Counted from the first letter of the stretch, positions 12,971-24,778 are shown. The stretch is DNA of 64,000 nt from Geosiphon pyriformis uo1 (GCA_016748015.1 JAAOMT010000226.1:1160604-1224603), one strand, 5' to 3'. Notes: generated by a model from the letters alone, not told the origin. Program-made: numbers and translations.

Positions 12971-15900
12971 GTGGCGATCGCCTCAGACATCACAACCTTA
13001 GAGTACTATCAATCAATTTACACACACTGCAAACAACGATTTGAAATATGTGATGGAATCATAGCTTTCAAGAAAACACTTTTTCAATACATCGAAAATC
13101 GAATCAATGACTACCTCTTTGGAAACTATAACATTACAATAGTTAAAAGAGATCTTCTTGAGAACATACTACACTATTCCAATACTGAATCAGAAAACAT
13201 TAGTGCTGAAGCTTGTGCTACTTATTTTGAAGAACTTGATTATAATATTATTTGATTCTGTGAAGAAAAATATCCTGCAAACACACAATTTGTCTTTGAA
13301 CTCGAATCTGAATCTGAAACCAGTAGCAACAAAAGACAAAGAGATAACCAACCTGTTCACACAACACCCAATACTCCCAAAATATCATTCAAACATTTGC
13401 AAACACCTGAACAAGGAACCAGTTCAAAACTTCCACTTACTATCACATCTTTTCCAGCTTCACTTGCACAAGCACAAACACCTAATTCACCCTTAAATCG
13501 ATTTGCAAGACCAAAAGATTTTACATCACTCAGAAGTCCCACCAGACAACAAAAACTCCTTTAAACTAGTTCCAATCTCCTTGATTTTCTAGCTGAAAAT
13601 CATAGTGAACACTCTGAGACAGCAGCAAACAAAGAAAACAACTCTGAAATAACTGAAGAAAAATCAATAGACAGTGAAAAAGAAAAAGACGAAATGACAA
13701 CATATATCTTGACCAAGTTACTAAAGCTGGAGATGCAAATGGATGGAATGCTGCCAGAATGTTAAGAACAATTCCCTACTTTCTCAAAGGAACAGCAGGA
13801 GAATGGTTTGAAAACTTGGCTGCCCTATTCAATAATTGGAACGCTTTCAAAGCAGTCTTCCTTGAACAGTTTACTGACAATAATACCTCTATCACTCTTC
13901 ACAATTGTTTTCGAAATATCAAACAAGAACCCTCCAAATCCATTATAACTTATATTAAGAAATTCAACAAACTTCTCAGACGAATTCACCAACTTGAGAC
14001 AAACAATTATTATTCCAATGCTCAAATTTTGGATCAATTTATCGCTGGTCTAAAAGATAAACTAATTAAAAAGATTTGCCCACATGTGCCAGAAGATTTA
14101 AACTCTGTCATACAGCATGCAAAAAGATACAAAATGGCCATGGAAAAGGCCAACTGCACAAAACTTGTAAATTTGGCAATTGGAGAAACCAGCTTAGCAG
14201 CTGAGGAAAAAATTGACCAACTCACAAAGAAGGTTGAAAACTATTTCACCAATCAACAACAACAGCAACCCCAAAGATATCAACCACCCTAAAGACAAAA
14301 TCAAAATAACTTTGTACCACTTTCCAATAACCAGCCTCAGAATTGCCATTACTGTGGAATCCCTGGCCACTGAAAAAAAGATTGCAGAAAGCTACAACAA
14401 GACCAACAAAATAGGAGTAATTAACATTACCCTCCACTACAGCAATCTTATTATCAACCGCCACCATTAGCTTACTATCAACCAAGACCCCAATACCAAA
14501 ATAACTATCATCAGCCTGTCCCACAGTCAATCCCACAGCAATACCAACAACTGCTCACACAACATTGTTAAGTACCTGTTCGAAGACTGCTTACACAAAA
14601 TCAATTCACACCACAAAACCAATACCAAGCAAACAACAATAGAATCAGTTTAAACAACCAATTGGTTTCCCAAAATACCACTCAACCAAGACCCAACCAC
14701 TACCACACTCAACCCAGTTATTTAACAATGCTAAAAGAACAGGATTTTCACCATACTGCACTCTCGGAAGGTAAAGCTGCAGCACAACAACAAAACTCTT
14801 CCTATACTCTCATCACAATTCCACCAGCCAGAATTGCTGAAAATGCTAACCTTTCAGATATATTCCCTTTTGAGTTCGAAGCAAATGAGTCACTATTTTT
14901 GCTTAGCAATGCAGCCACCAATGAACAAAAAGCAATCACGGCCATGTACATTGAAGCCGAAGTCGAAAGAAAGACAATTCACTTGATCCTAGACAGTAGA
15001 TCTGCCGGAAGCATTATTACCTACCAGTTAATACAACAGTTGAAAAGAAATGTCAACTGACCAGCTCAAACAGTAATCATCACTGCTGATGACATGAAAA
15101 AGACTCCAGTAGGAGAAATTGACAATTTTCTGTTTACTCTTGATGGAATCACCATTCCAGTCAAAGTTTTTGTAATAAATGCACCCCAATACCAAGCTCT
15201 CGTTGGAAATGATTGGCTTCAAAAAGCCAATGCTAATCTGAATTGGGAAACACAAGAGTTAACAATCTCCTACCAAAGACAACACGCCTGGGTACCTGTC
15301 ATTTGTGGTACATTCAACAAATGCTCTGAAAAAGCCCCAGCTTTTGAATTCGAACTGGAAGAGGAAAAACCCCTCATTGAAACATTCATGGCTCTTGGAT
15401 CAACGTCCAACTGGGCCAATGAAACAGAACAAGAACATTTTACCCCACACTCTAAACCCGAAACCTCTAGATAGAATATCCCTTATTCAAAACCCGAACC
15501 AAGGAAACAACGCCCCTATATTCCCCTTAAATGTAAAAACTGTCACAAAAAACTATTGTCAATGGGAGCCTGCATTTCACCCAAAGAAGAATATGAAAAT
15601 CATACTTGTTATTACTGCAAGGCTTGTCACAAAGAATGATAGGGCCATCTAATAAAAAGGAGCAGAAAATGGGACAACACCTCTTGTTTGACTTGTGGAG
15701 ATATGCTACCGGAAAAATGCAATTGGATTGATGTAGCCATGAGAGAAGGAGTCTGCAATCAGACCTGCCAATATGCTTTATCAATTTCAGAAAAAGTAAA
15801 AAGAGAAACACCCTTTAATGCAGCATACAACAGTGCTTTCAACAAACTTTATCATTACCCCCATGATGCTGAAATGATTTTCGACTTAGCAATGGCATTA

Positions 15901-18525
15901 ATTAATGGAGCTACCAAAGAAGATGTTTGCCAAATGAAGGAAACAGAATACATTGAATACACCATGGAATTAGCTGGATTTAATTATGAAGACGAAGTAG
16001 AAGTCTACCACCAAATCGCAAGTCACACCTACCCAATTCAAGAAGCTCAAATTCAACAATTAGAGCAAATGAACATTAGACTATGTGAAGAATGTATTAT
16101 GTCTTGTAATGAACAGTAATGTCCTAAATGCTACACTCTTAGCATTCCCTTGCCCAGCGAAAATGATGAATACGAAATTAAATTCAGAGAACTTGAAGCA
16201 ACAGAAGAAATTGAGACAACACTTATCTATCTCATCGAAAATCAGCCTGCTTTACAACTCAAATATTTCAACAACAATGGACAAGGAATAAAACCAGAAA
16301 AAGCCCACAAGATCGATGCTGGATATGATCTAAGATATTCAGGAAAAAATACTCTTACTCTCAAACTCAAATCTCTCACAAAAATCAACCTCAAAATTGC
16401 CCTTGAAATCCCACCAGGAGCAATGGTTCAAATTGCTTCTCGATCATCCTTGGCAAGCAAAAAAATCAATGTTAGAGGAGGAATCATTGATGCTGAATAC
16501 ACAGGAGACATTACAGTCATGTTACAAAATGAAACTGATAAACTTTTCAAAATTAGATATGCTGAAAAAATTGCTCAAGCTATCTATTTACCCTTAATCA
16601 ACATTTTGGGTTTACAATTAGTTAATCAAAGAGAACAGTTGGGAAAAAGCAAAAAAGGAATGCAAGGTTTTGGTTCAACTGGATGTTTCACAGTTCCAGT
16701 AAACATAGCTCTCAATGAACAGAAAGAATCTCACCAGATTTTACAACTTCCACAACCAATTACCATTTTACCCTTTGGAGAACATCCTGAAATTTACATT
16801 TGTGAAAAGCCAACAACCACACAACAAATTTTTGAATCAAACAAACAAATCTGCTTAAAACATAATATCTTGATCCCAAACATTTATATTCCAGAAGGAA
16901 CAAAGAAAGTCCGAGTTACTTTTTACAATCCCAACAATTATCCCATAGTTTTATTAAATAACTTAGAAATTGGAATCATTCACAGTAACATATTTCAACA
17001 AGAATTACCCCAAACAATTCCCAATTTTTCTGAAATTATTGGACATTCACTACCAAAAATCAATCCAAACTCCAGCTCCAAAAACTACCATGTTGTCATG
17101 GAAAAACTATCTCAAATCAACATGGGACAACTTGAACCATAACAACAGACCCAGCTCAAAGAACTAATTGCAGAATTTGCTGATATCTTCACTGAAAACA
17201 ACAATAACTTAGGAAGAACCAATTTGGTTCAACACCAAATTTATACAGAAGATGCCAAACCAAGAAGACAATAAGCATATTGAGTTGCTCCAGAAAGCCA
17301 CCAATTTATCCGAAAAAAAGTACAATGGATGCTTAACAATAGGCTTATCCAACCATCAATGAGTCTATGGGCCTCACCAGTGGTCCTAGTTAAAAAGAAG
17401 AATGGAAAGATACGATTTTGTGTTAATTATTGACAACTTAACAGTGTTACCATTGGGAATGCTTATCCTCTTCTGCGAATTAATGACATGTTAGATGCCC
17501 TTGGAAAATCTAAATACTTTTCAACATTAGACCTAGAAAATGGATACTGACAAGTTGCCATAGATCCTAAGAACCACCCCAAAACAGCATTCACAACACA
17601 AGAAGAAAACTACGAATTCAATGTAATGCCCTTTGGATTATGCAATGTGCCAGCAACATTCCAAAGACTCATGGATGTTGTATATGCTGGACTCCTTTGG
17701 AAATCAGTAGTTGTCTATCTTGATGACACTGATGTTTATTCCCCATCTTTCGGACTTCATTTAATTTACCTGTGAGAAGTTTTTCAACAATTATGTAGAG
17801 CAGGATTAAAACTAAACATTGAAAAATGCCATTTTGGAAAAACAAGTTTGGCCTTTCTTGGTCACATAGTTAGTGAAAAAGGAGTCAAACCAGATCCAGA
17901 AAAAATCAGTGCTGTTAAGAACTTCAAAGTTCCACGAAATACTACAGAACTAAAAAGATTCATAGGATTAGCATTCTACTATTGAAAGTTTATCAAAGGA
18001 TTCTTGAAAATTGCAAAACCCCTCAACCAGCTCACCACCAAAAACGTGGAATACAAATGGACTATTGAACACCAAAAAGCTTTTGAAATTCTCAAAGAAA
18101 AACTAATAACAGCCCCAATCCTCACCTACCCGGATTTCAGCAACCGATTTCGACTAGCTACAGATGCTTTATATACTGCCTTTGGTGCCATCTTATCACA
18201 ACTAGATGACAATAGAAATGAGTGAATAATTGCTTATGCTAGCAGAACATTAAAACCAGCTAAGAAAAACTACTCTGCCACAGAACTAGAAACAGCAGCT
18301 GTAATTTGGGCCCTATACCACTTCAACTTTTATCTCAGGTCTAAAGAATTTGATATTATCACTGATAATATTGGACTCAAATAGCTTCAGAACAAAAATA
18401 CTCAGCTGAATGCAAAACAAACCCGATGGACAGGATTTCTAGCAAATTATCAATACATAGTACATCACAGACCAGAAAAACTCCACACCAATGTTGACTG
18501 TCTCTCCAGAATGAGACAAGATTAG
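12971..18525 (+). pseudogene. gag-pol: Element B ORF1: N-extension-capsid-CCHC-protease-Cys-rich domain-dUTPase-RT-RNase H
   Basis: ORF fragments 13759, 14662, 15094, 15688, 16150 and 18004 share one frame. Motifs CHYCGIPGH*KKDC, LILDSRSAGS, WASPVVLVKKK, MPFGLCN, VYLDDT, LATDAL, HTNVDCLSR. A small deletion at ~13710 shifts the frame. Ends TAG 18523-18525. Confidence 0.95.
16250..16683 (+). CDS. dut: dUTPase domain within ORF1 of element B
   Basis: All five trimeric dUTPase motifs: DAGYDL, ASRSSLA, GGIIDAEYTGDI, EKIAQA, KGMQGFGSTG. Confidence 0.95.
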
Positions 18526-18574
18526 AAAACAAAAACCAACACTCAACTTAACCAACCAAAAGAGCCAACAAACA

Positions 18575-19960
18575 ATGAATTCAGAAAACTACAACAATTT
18601 CAAACAATATTTAGAAATATTAACAATCCCAACAGATTGGTCTCCAGATAAAAAACATCAACTACAACAACAAGCCAAACAATATTTTCTACACAACAAC
18701 ATTATTTATTATCGAAATTTCAAAAACCCAAACAAACCACTCAGATTAATACAAGAACAAGAAAAAGAGACCATATTATACAACATGCACTCAAATCTTT
18801 CATCAGCACACTTCGGAAAAGATAGCACCACCCAAAGAACACTAGAATACTACTTTTGGTCTTGAATGAGAAAAAACATTCATGAATATGTTGAATCTTG
18901 TGATAGTTGTTAAAAAAGAGGAGGAACACGTCCTACTGAACCATTAAATCCAATCAAAGTTGGACAACCCTTTGACCAAGTTGGTATTGATTTAGTCGGA
19001 CCACTATCTATTACCACTCAAGGAAACCGTTATATTGTAGTAGCTGTAGATTATCTTACTAAATGGCCCGAAGCCAGAGCCATTCAAAGAGCAGATGTGA
19101 AATCAGTAGCAAATTTCATCTATGAAGACATTATTTGTAGACATGGATGTCCAATTGAACTTTTATCCGACCAGGGAACACATTTTGTGAACAACCTAAT
19201 ACAAGAAATTTGCGAACAATTCAATGTCAAAAGACCTCTGTCTTTGCCCTATCATCCACAAACAAACGGACTTGTAGAACATTTTAACAGAACATTGTGT
19301 GAGTCATTAGCCAAAGTCTCAACTGATTTTGAGCAAGAATGAGATATCTTTATTCCATCAGTGTTACTAGCATATAAAACACTAAAACAAGATACCACAA
19401 AACACACACCATTTGATTTAACTTATGGAAGGACAGCAATGCTACCAATTAAGTTCACAGTGAAAACATACCCAGCACAACCAATCAATAAAAACAATTT
19501 TTAGGAAACACTTCAATGAAGAGCCTACACTCTGTTTAGCATGTTGGAAGAAAAACAACGAATAGCAGCCACCCATATTGAAAACTCCCAAGCTCGACAA
19601 AAAAAACGGCATGATGACAAATTGCCTCCAGTTATTAATAAATTTAAAATCGGAAACAAAGTTCTCTTACACAGAACTAAAGCTGAAAAACAATGAAGTA
19701 GAAAATTTGAAAATAAATGGGATGGACTATTCTTTATCCATGAAGTTTTAGGCAACGGATCATACAAGCTAAGACTTGATAACAAAATTCTAGCAAAAGT
19801 TGCACATGAAGATCATTTGAAACACTATAATTTCAGAAACAATCCTGAACCATTAATTCCACAAATTGGTATACATTTCTCTTTAATCAATTCCGAAGAC
19901 ATTTCCCGAAATTTAGAACCAATAGTTGTCATTGAACAGCCTTCCAACTTGAACACTTAA
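18575..19960 (+). pseudogene. Element B integrase, stand-alone ORF (~460 codons, scattered stops)
   Basis: ATG 18575, in the +1 frame relative to ORF1. HHCC (MHSNLSSAH...CDSC), DDE (GIDLVGPL, SDQGTHF, GLVEHFN), GPY/F-like KWDGLFFI. Ends LEPIVVIEQPSNLNT* at 19960. No chromodomain. Confidence 0.93.
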
Positions 19961-20081
19961 TTTAAATTAATTATTATAGTTATCTTCTTATAATTTAGAA
20001 ACAATCTCACAAAAACAAAACAAAAATAACATAAAAACCCATGCACCAAAAATAATTTTCTTTTATTTCAAATTGCTTATA

Positions 20082-20819
20082 ATGACTATTCCTCAAAACA
20101 TTCAACAATTATCCCAAAAACTAATGTTAGCTTTAAAAACAATACCTGAATTATCCATTACTGTTACTGGAAACCACATTAATTATACCCAAACAGAAGT
20201 AGTTACAAATTTAGCCCCAAATTCATGAAAATATCACCCGTATAAAAAGAACATAAGAAGTTATACTGGAATTCACCTGCCAGAACTTTTAAAGCTTGCT
20301 TTAAGAGAAAATCTAATGCTCACTCTGATTAGTATTCCACCAAATGCTACAATTTAACAAAGACTTCAACTGTGTTTCAATGAAGAAAACACTGAATATC
20401 CTCCAATCTATAGATATTTTCACATTGGAAAAACACTCTACGAATGGAAACTGGAACTTACAACAGCAAACCTCACAAAAGAAGCTATTTAGAAACAACT
20501 CCACAATGAATTCAAGACAATAGCTGGATCAACAAACAGTCGCTACAGGCTCAGAGCTGCTCTTAGAATTTATAACCTATTCCACACCTGTGAAAACATA
20601 CTACAAAACCCAATTTTTCAACCTTTGAAGATTCAATACATTGGAAAGCTCACAGAACTGAAATTTCAACAATTTTCAGACCAAATTTCTTCAATAATTT
20701 TGGATTATTATCTGGAAATAACAAACAGTACTTGGACTTCGACGGAGCTCAGTCTTGAGGAGAAGGTTATGTTACCAGACAAAATTAGAGATATCATTGA
20801 ACATGAAACTATCTTATAA
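20082..20819 (+). pseudogene. Element B ORF3 (~245 codons, unknown function), runs through the PPT into the 3' LTR
   Basis: ATG 20082 is in frame with track ORF 20625-20819. Only three internal stops, each explicable by a transition. Homologous relics in C and D. Confidence 0.8.
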
Positions 20820-21751
20820 TTCTTATCATTAATAAGCATATATTATCATTTCAAATTATCACTTATTACATTAGCAAAAATGTCCAAAATTATCATTTAA
20901 TTAATAACCCAAATTGTACACAACACAAATATAACCTAATTGTGATGATCAATCATGCAATACCTCAAACTATGTAACATTTAAAAGTTCGCTGAAATTT
21001 ATAAAAATTCGCCGAAATAATTGATAATTTACCAAAATATCTAATAGTTCGCAGAAATAACTTGTAGTTCACTGAAATGTATCTTTAGTTCAGCAAAATT
21101 GTAGAAAATAGCAAAGTTCAAGTTCATAGAATAGTGTTACAACAAGTTGTATAAAAAGAAGAACTTCTTTCTTCGAGAAAATGTATCTTACTTTAGATTT
21201 ATTACTTAGAACCATTCCTACACACACAAAAAGAAATAAATATCAAATAATTCGAAAAACCAAATTCTTTAATTATTGCACTTGGAAAATCCTCAAAACC
21301 CAACTAAAGTTTTGAAATTGATTAGCTACCAATTTCAATAATTTGTTAGTGACTCCAAGCCTGGATTGAAAACGTTTCCCTTGACAGAATTTTATTTCTT
21401 TTACATCTTTTTATTTTTTTTCTTTTATTTTTCTTACTATAATCATTAGGGTAGCCTACAGACAAGATTTCTGTAGAAGAGTTGACTTTCACAGCAAAGT
21501 AACTATATATTTTAGTAAGCTTCCAGACAAGCAATTCCTGGGAAAGAGTTGACATTTACTACAATGTAGCTACATAAAGTAACTGGCATGGAATTGGCCA
21601 TTCCACTTATAAGCCCAGCAATTCAAATTATAAGAGATAATTTGAAGATAAATTCAGTTACTAGAGGTTCAACCACATCCAGAAAACGTGAATTCACAGC
21701 AAACAAGCATTGACAACATTTAAAAAAAGAGACCAAAAACCTCCAGTAACA
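20770..21751 (+). repeat. 3' LTR of element B
   Basis: Direct repeat of 11944-12925. Confidence 0.98.
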
Positions 21752-21755
21752 CTGT

Positions 21756-24748
21756 CCATGCATCATTAAATGCTTTGAAAGACCAAAATGAGTTGAAAAA
21801 TGGGATAATGAGCCATGCTTGACTTGTGGTGAAACTTTTCTTGATGAAAAAATGTGGAATAACATTTCTGGGAGAGAAAGAACATGTAACAAATCATGTT
21901 AGTACATGATTCTTATAAGTAACTGGGTAAAAAAAAATGCCCATAGATGCTGTCTGAAAACAAGCAGTCAAACACTTGAATGGATGTCCACATAATGATG
22001 ACAAAATTTGGCAAATGGCTCTTGCCAAAATCAAAGGAGCATTACCAGAAGAAATAAAGATGATCAAAAATAATCCTCCCAAGTCCATTAAACTTGACTA
22101 AGACCCAGAGCCAGTCATAAATCTCCTGGATCCAGAACAATTCTATGAACACTACCAGGAATTAACACCCACTAGAGAGGAACAAGAGCAATGGTTGGAA
22201 GAAATAAATACAAAACTATGTGACTTTCAATATTGTAATGAGTGTGATCTCATTTACAATTTACCAATCTGCATGATCTACACAATCCCAAATGAGAAAG
22301 AACCAATCAGCAGCTGCACATCAAAATTGGAATCAACTTTCAATCTTGATTCAAACTCCAACAATAATGACAATGAAAACAATGATTCCAGTTCTGTTCA
22401 ATATGACAATAAAAAATATAGTAATTCAGACTCCGATTTAAATTCCGAAAAATACATCACACTCCCTGATCTCACCAAGGAACAAGAACTTAAATAATTC
22501 AATGATAATAATGAAGATATTATGCCAGAACTCGTGCATGATACTAATGCAAAGTTTGATCTGAGATATCCAAAAAAAGATCTCATCAAATTAAAACCCC
22601 ATTTACGCACCTGCATTGATCTTAAAATAGCACTAGAAATTCCAGCAACAACAATGGTTCAGTTAGCATCTAGAAGTAGCTTAGCCAAAAAGGGAATCAA
22701 ACATCAGAGGAGGAATAATTAATACAGGATACATAGAAAATATTATTGCTATGCTATAAAATAACTTGGAAAAAGCATATACTATAGATCTAAACAAAAA
22801 GATAATACAAGCAATATTTTTACTTTTGGTAAAAATAGCTCAATTAGTATTAGTGAAAAACAGGGAAGAATTAAAGATCATAGCTAGAGGGATATAAGGA
22901 TTCAGATCTACAGATAGAATAGATATACAGGTTAATATGGCAGAGGAAAAAATTATTAACAAGGAAGAAATTATCTCCACTCATTAACAAATTTCTATTC
23001 CATCATATGACTAGTATATGGTAGTCATAGAGAGAAAAATAAGGGATCAGGTTCAAATTTTTAAGGCAAAAGCAACACTTTGTGAATCAGGAGAGATTAG
23101 ATTAGTCAATCTACACATACCAGCTAAGAACCACAGTCACATCAAAATTCCCATTTACAACAATATGGGAAACATTATCAAGATACTGGAAGGAACCACC
23201 ATTAGATACTTGACTATTGAAATTGAAGAACAACCACCAAACCTTATTCCAGACTTTCCACAATTGTGTGGATATGTGAATATCACATCATAAACAATAT
23301 ATAAACGAGAAAAATGTTATCTGCTCCAACCAGAACAATTGGAACAAATAAACTTGGAAAACTTAAACCCACTTTAATAGATGCAACTCAAGATGTTACT
23401 CAACAATTTCAATGACATTTTCGCCAGCAAAAATGAATTTGGCAGAACTGATATTATTCAACACCAAATCAAGACTGGAGATACAATGCCAATTAAGCAG
23501 AGAGCATACAAAATACCACCAGCTAGCCATGAGATCATTCATCAAGAAATCAATCAAATGCTTAACAACAGACTAATTCAGCCATTAATAAGTCTATGGT
23601 CATCACCAGTGGTACTAGTTTATAAGAAGAATGGAAAAATCCACTTTTGTGTAAATTACTGAAAACTAAATAGAGTAACAAAAGGAGACAGTTACCCAAC
23701 TCCAAAGATCCAAGAACTTTTTGATGCTTTTGAAAGAAAGAAATGGTTCTCAACTTTAGACTTAAACAGTAGTTACTGGCAAGTAGCCATGAAACCAGAA
23801 GACAAAGAGAAAACGGCTTTTACAACTCAAAAAAAAAACTTTGAATTTGAAGTAATGCTATTTGGCTTAATGAATGCTCCAGTCATTTTTCAGTGACTTA
23901 TGGAAATTGTTTATACTGGGCTACTATGGAAATCAGTAGTCATATACTTGGATAACACCAATATGTTCTCGAAAACATCTGATAATTATTTATATCATCT
24001 CCAACAAATGTTTAAAAGACTAAGAAGAGCTGGATTAAAGCTAAATACAACCAAATGCTTCTTTAGAAAAACAAAACTCAAGTTTTTGGAACATGTAGTA
24101 AGCAAAGATGATATCAAAACAGATCCAGATAAAATTGCAATAGTAAAGAACTTTTCAGTACCAACCAACTTGACAGAACTAAAAGCATTTTTGGGATTTA
24201 CAGGCTACTATTGCTGCTTTATTAAAGACTTCTTGAAATTAGCTTAGCCACTCCATTATTTACAAACCAAGAATGTGAAGTACGAATGGACAGAAGCCCA
24301 ACAAGAAGCTTTCAACATATTAAGAAAAAAGCTTTTACAAGCTCTAGTATTAATGTATCCAGATCACAACAAACTATTCATCATTATTACTGATACATTA
24401 GACCAAGCCTTAGGAGCAGTACTATTACAAAGAGGACCAAACAAAAGAGAGCATCCAGTAGTTTATGCCAGTAGAAGCTTAAGTTCAATTAAAAAGAACT
24501 ATGGAACTCCAGCACTGGAACACTTAGCTATCTATTGGGCTGTCATCAAATGGAAAGAATATTTGAGTCAAAAGTTTGACATATACACTAATCACAAAGG
24601 ATTGACTTTAATTTAGAAACAAAAATTTGGAGATGATTGCCATGCCAGATGGAAAATAGAACTTTTATTATTTAATTATACAGTACATTATAAAAAAGGA
24701 AAAGACAATAGAAATGCTGATGGTTTGTTGTGAATGAAACAGATCTAA
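21756..24748 (+). pseudogene. pol: Element A ORF1, 3' half: Cys-rich domain, dUTPase (~22500-22920), RT, RNase H
   Basis: KWDNEPCLTCG; AKFDLRYP...ASRSSLAKKG; WSSPVVLVYKK; VIYLDNT; HPVVYASRSL. Ends NADGLL*MKQI* (TAA 24746-24748). Confidence 0.93.
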
Positions 24749-24778
24749 AAACATTTCAACCCAAAAATATAACAAAAG

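Larger units (their letters stand above)
11944..21751 (+). mobile_element. Ty3/Gypsy LTR retrotransposon B (youngest, nearly complete)
   Basis: Two 982-bp LTRs (11944-12925, 20770-21751), about 96-97% identical by manual alignment. TSD CTGC/CTGT. PBS TGGTGCTCTCCC at 12928. PPT GAGGAGAAGG at 20757-20766. Confidence 0.98.

Noticed and set aside
13357-15811. Antisense and alternate-frame short ORFs in the track (e.g. 174-446, 13357-13542, 14246-14536, 45806-46027, 58723-58932)
   Set aside because: Shadows of TE or P450 coding strands, or low-complexity AT-rich frames; not conserved between copies.
12971-19960. Alternative genetic code suggested by in-frame TAA/TAG/TGA at Gln/Arg/Trp positions
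   Set aside because: These stops are copy-specific transition products, and the P450 reads cleanly in the standard code.
19800-19960. Chromodomain at the IN C-terminus
   Set aside because: No YLVKWxG-type motif; the ORF ends soon after the GPY/F region.
20082-20819. ORF3 as env
   Set aside because: Short, with no signal peptide, TM helix or furin/fusion motif.
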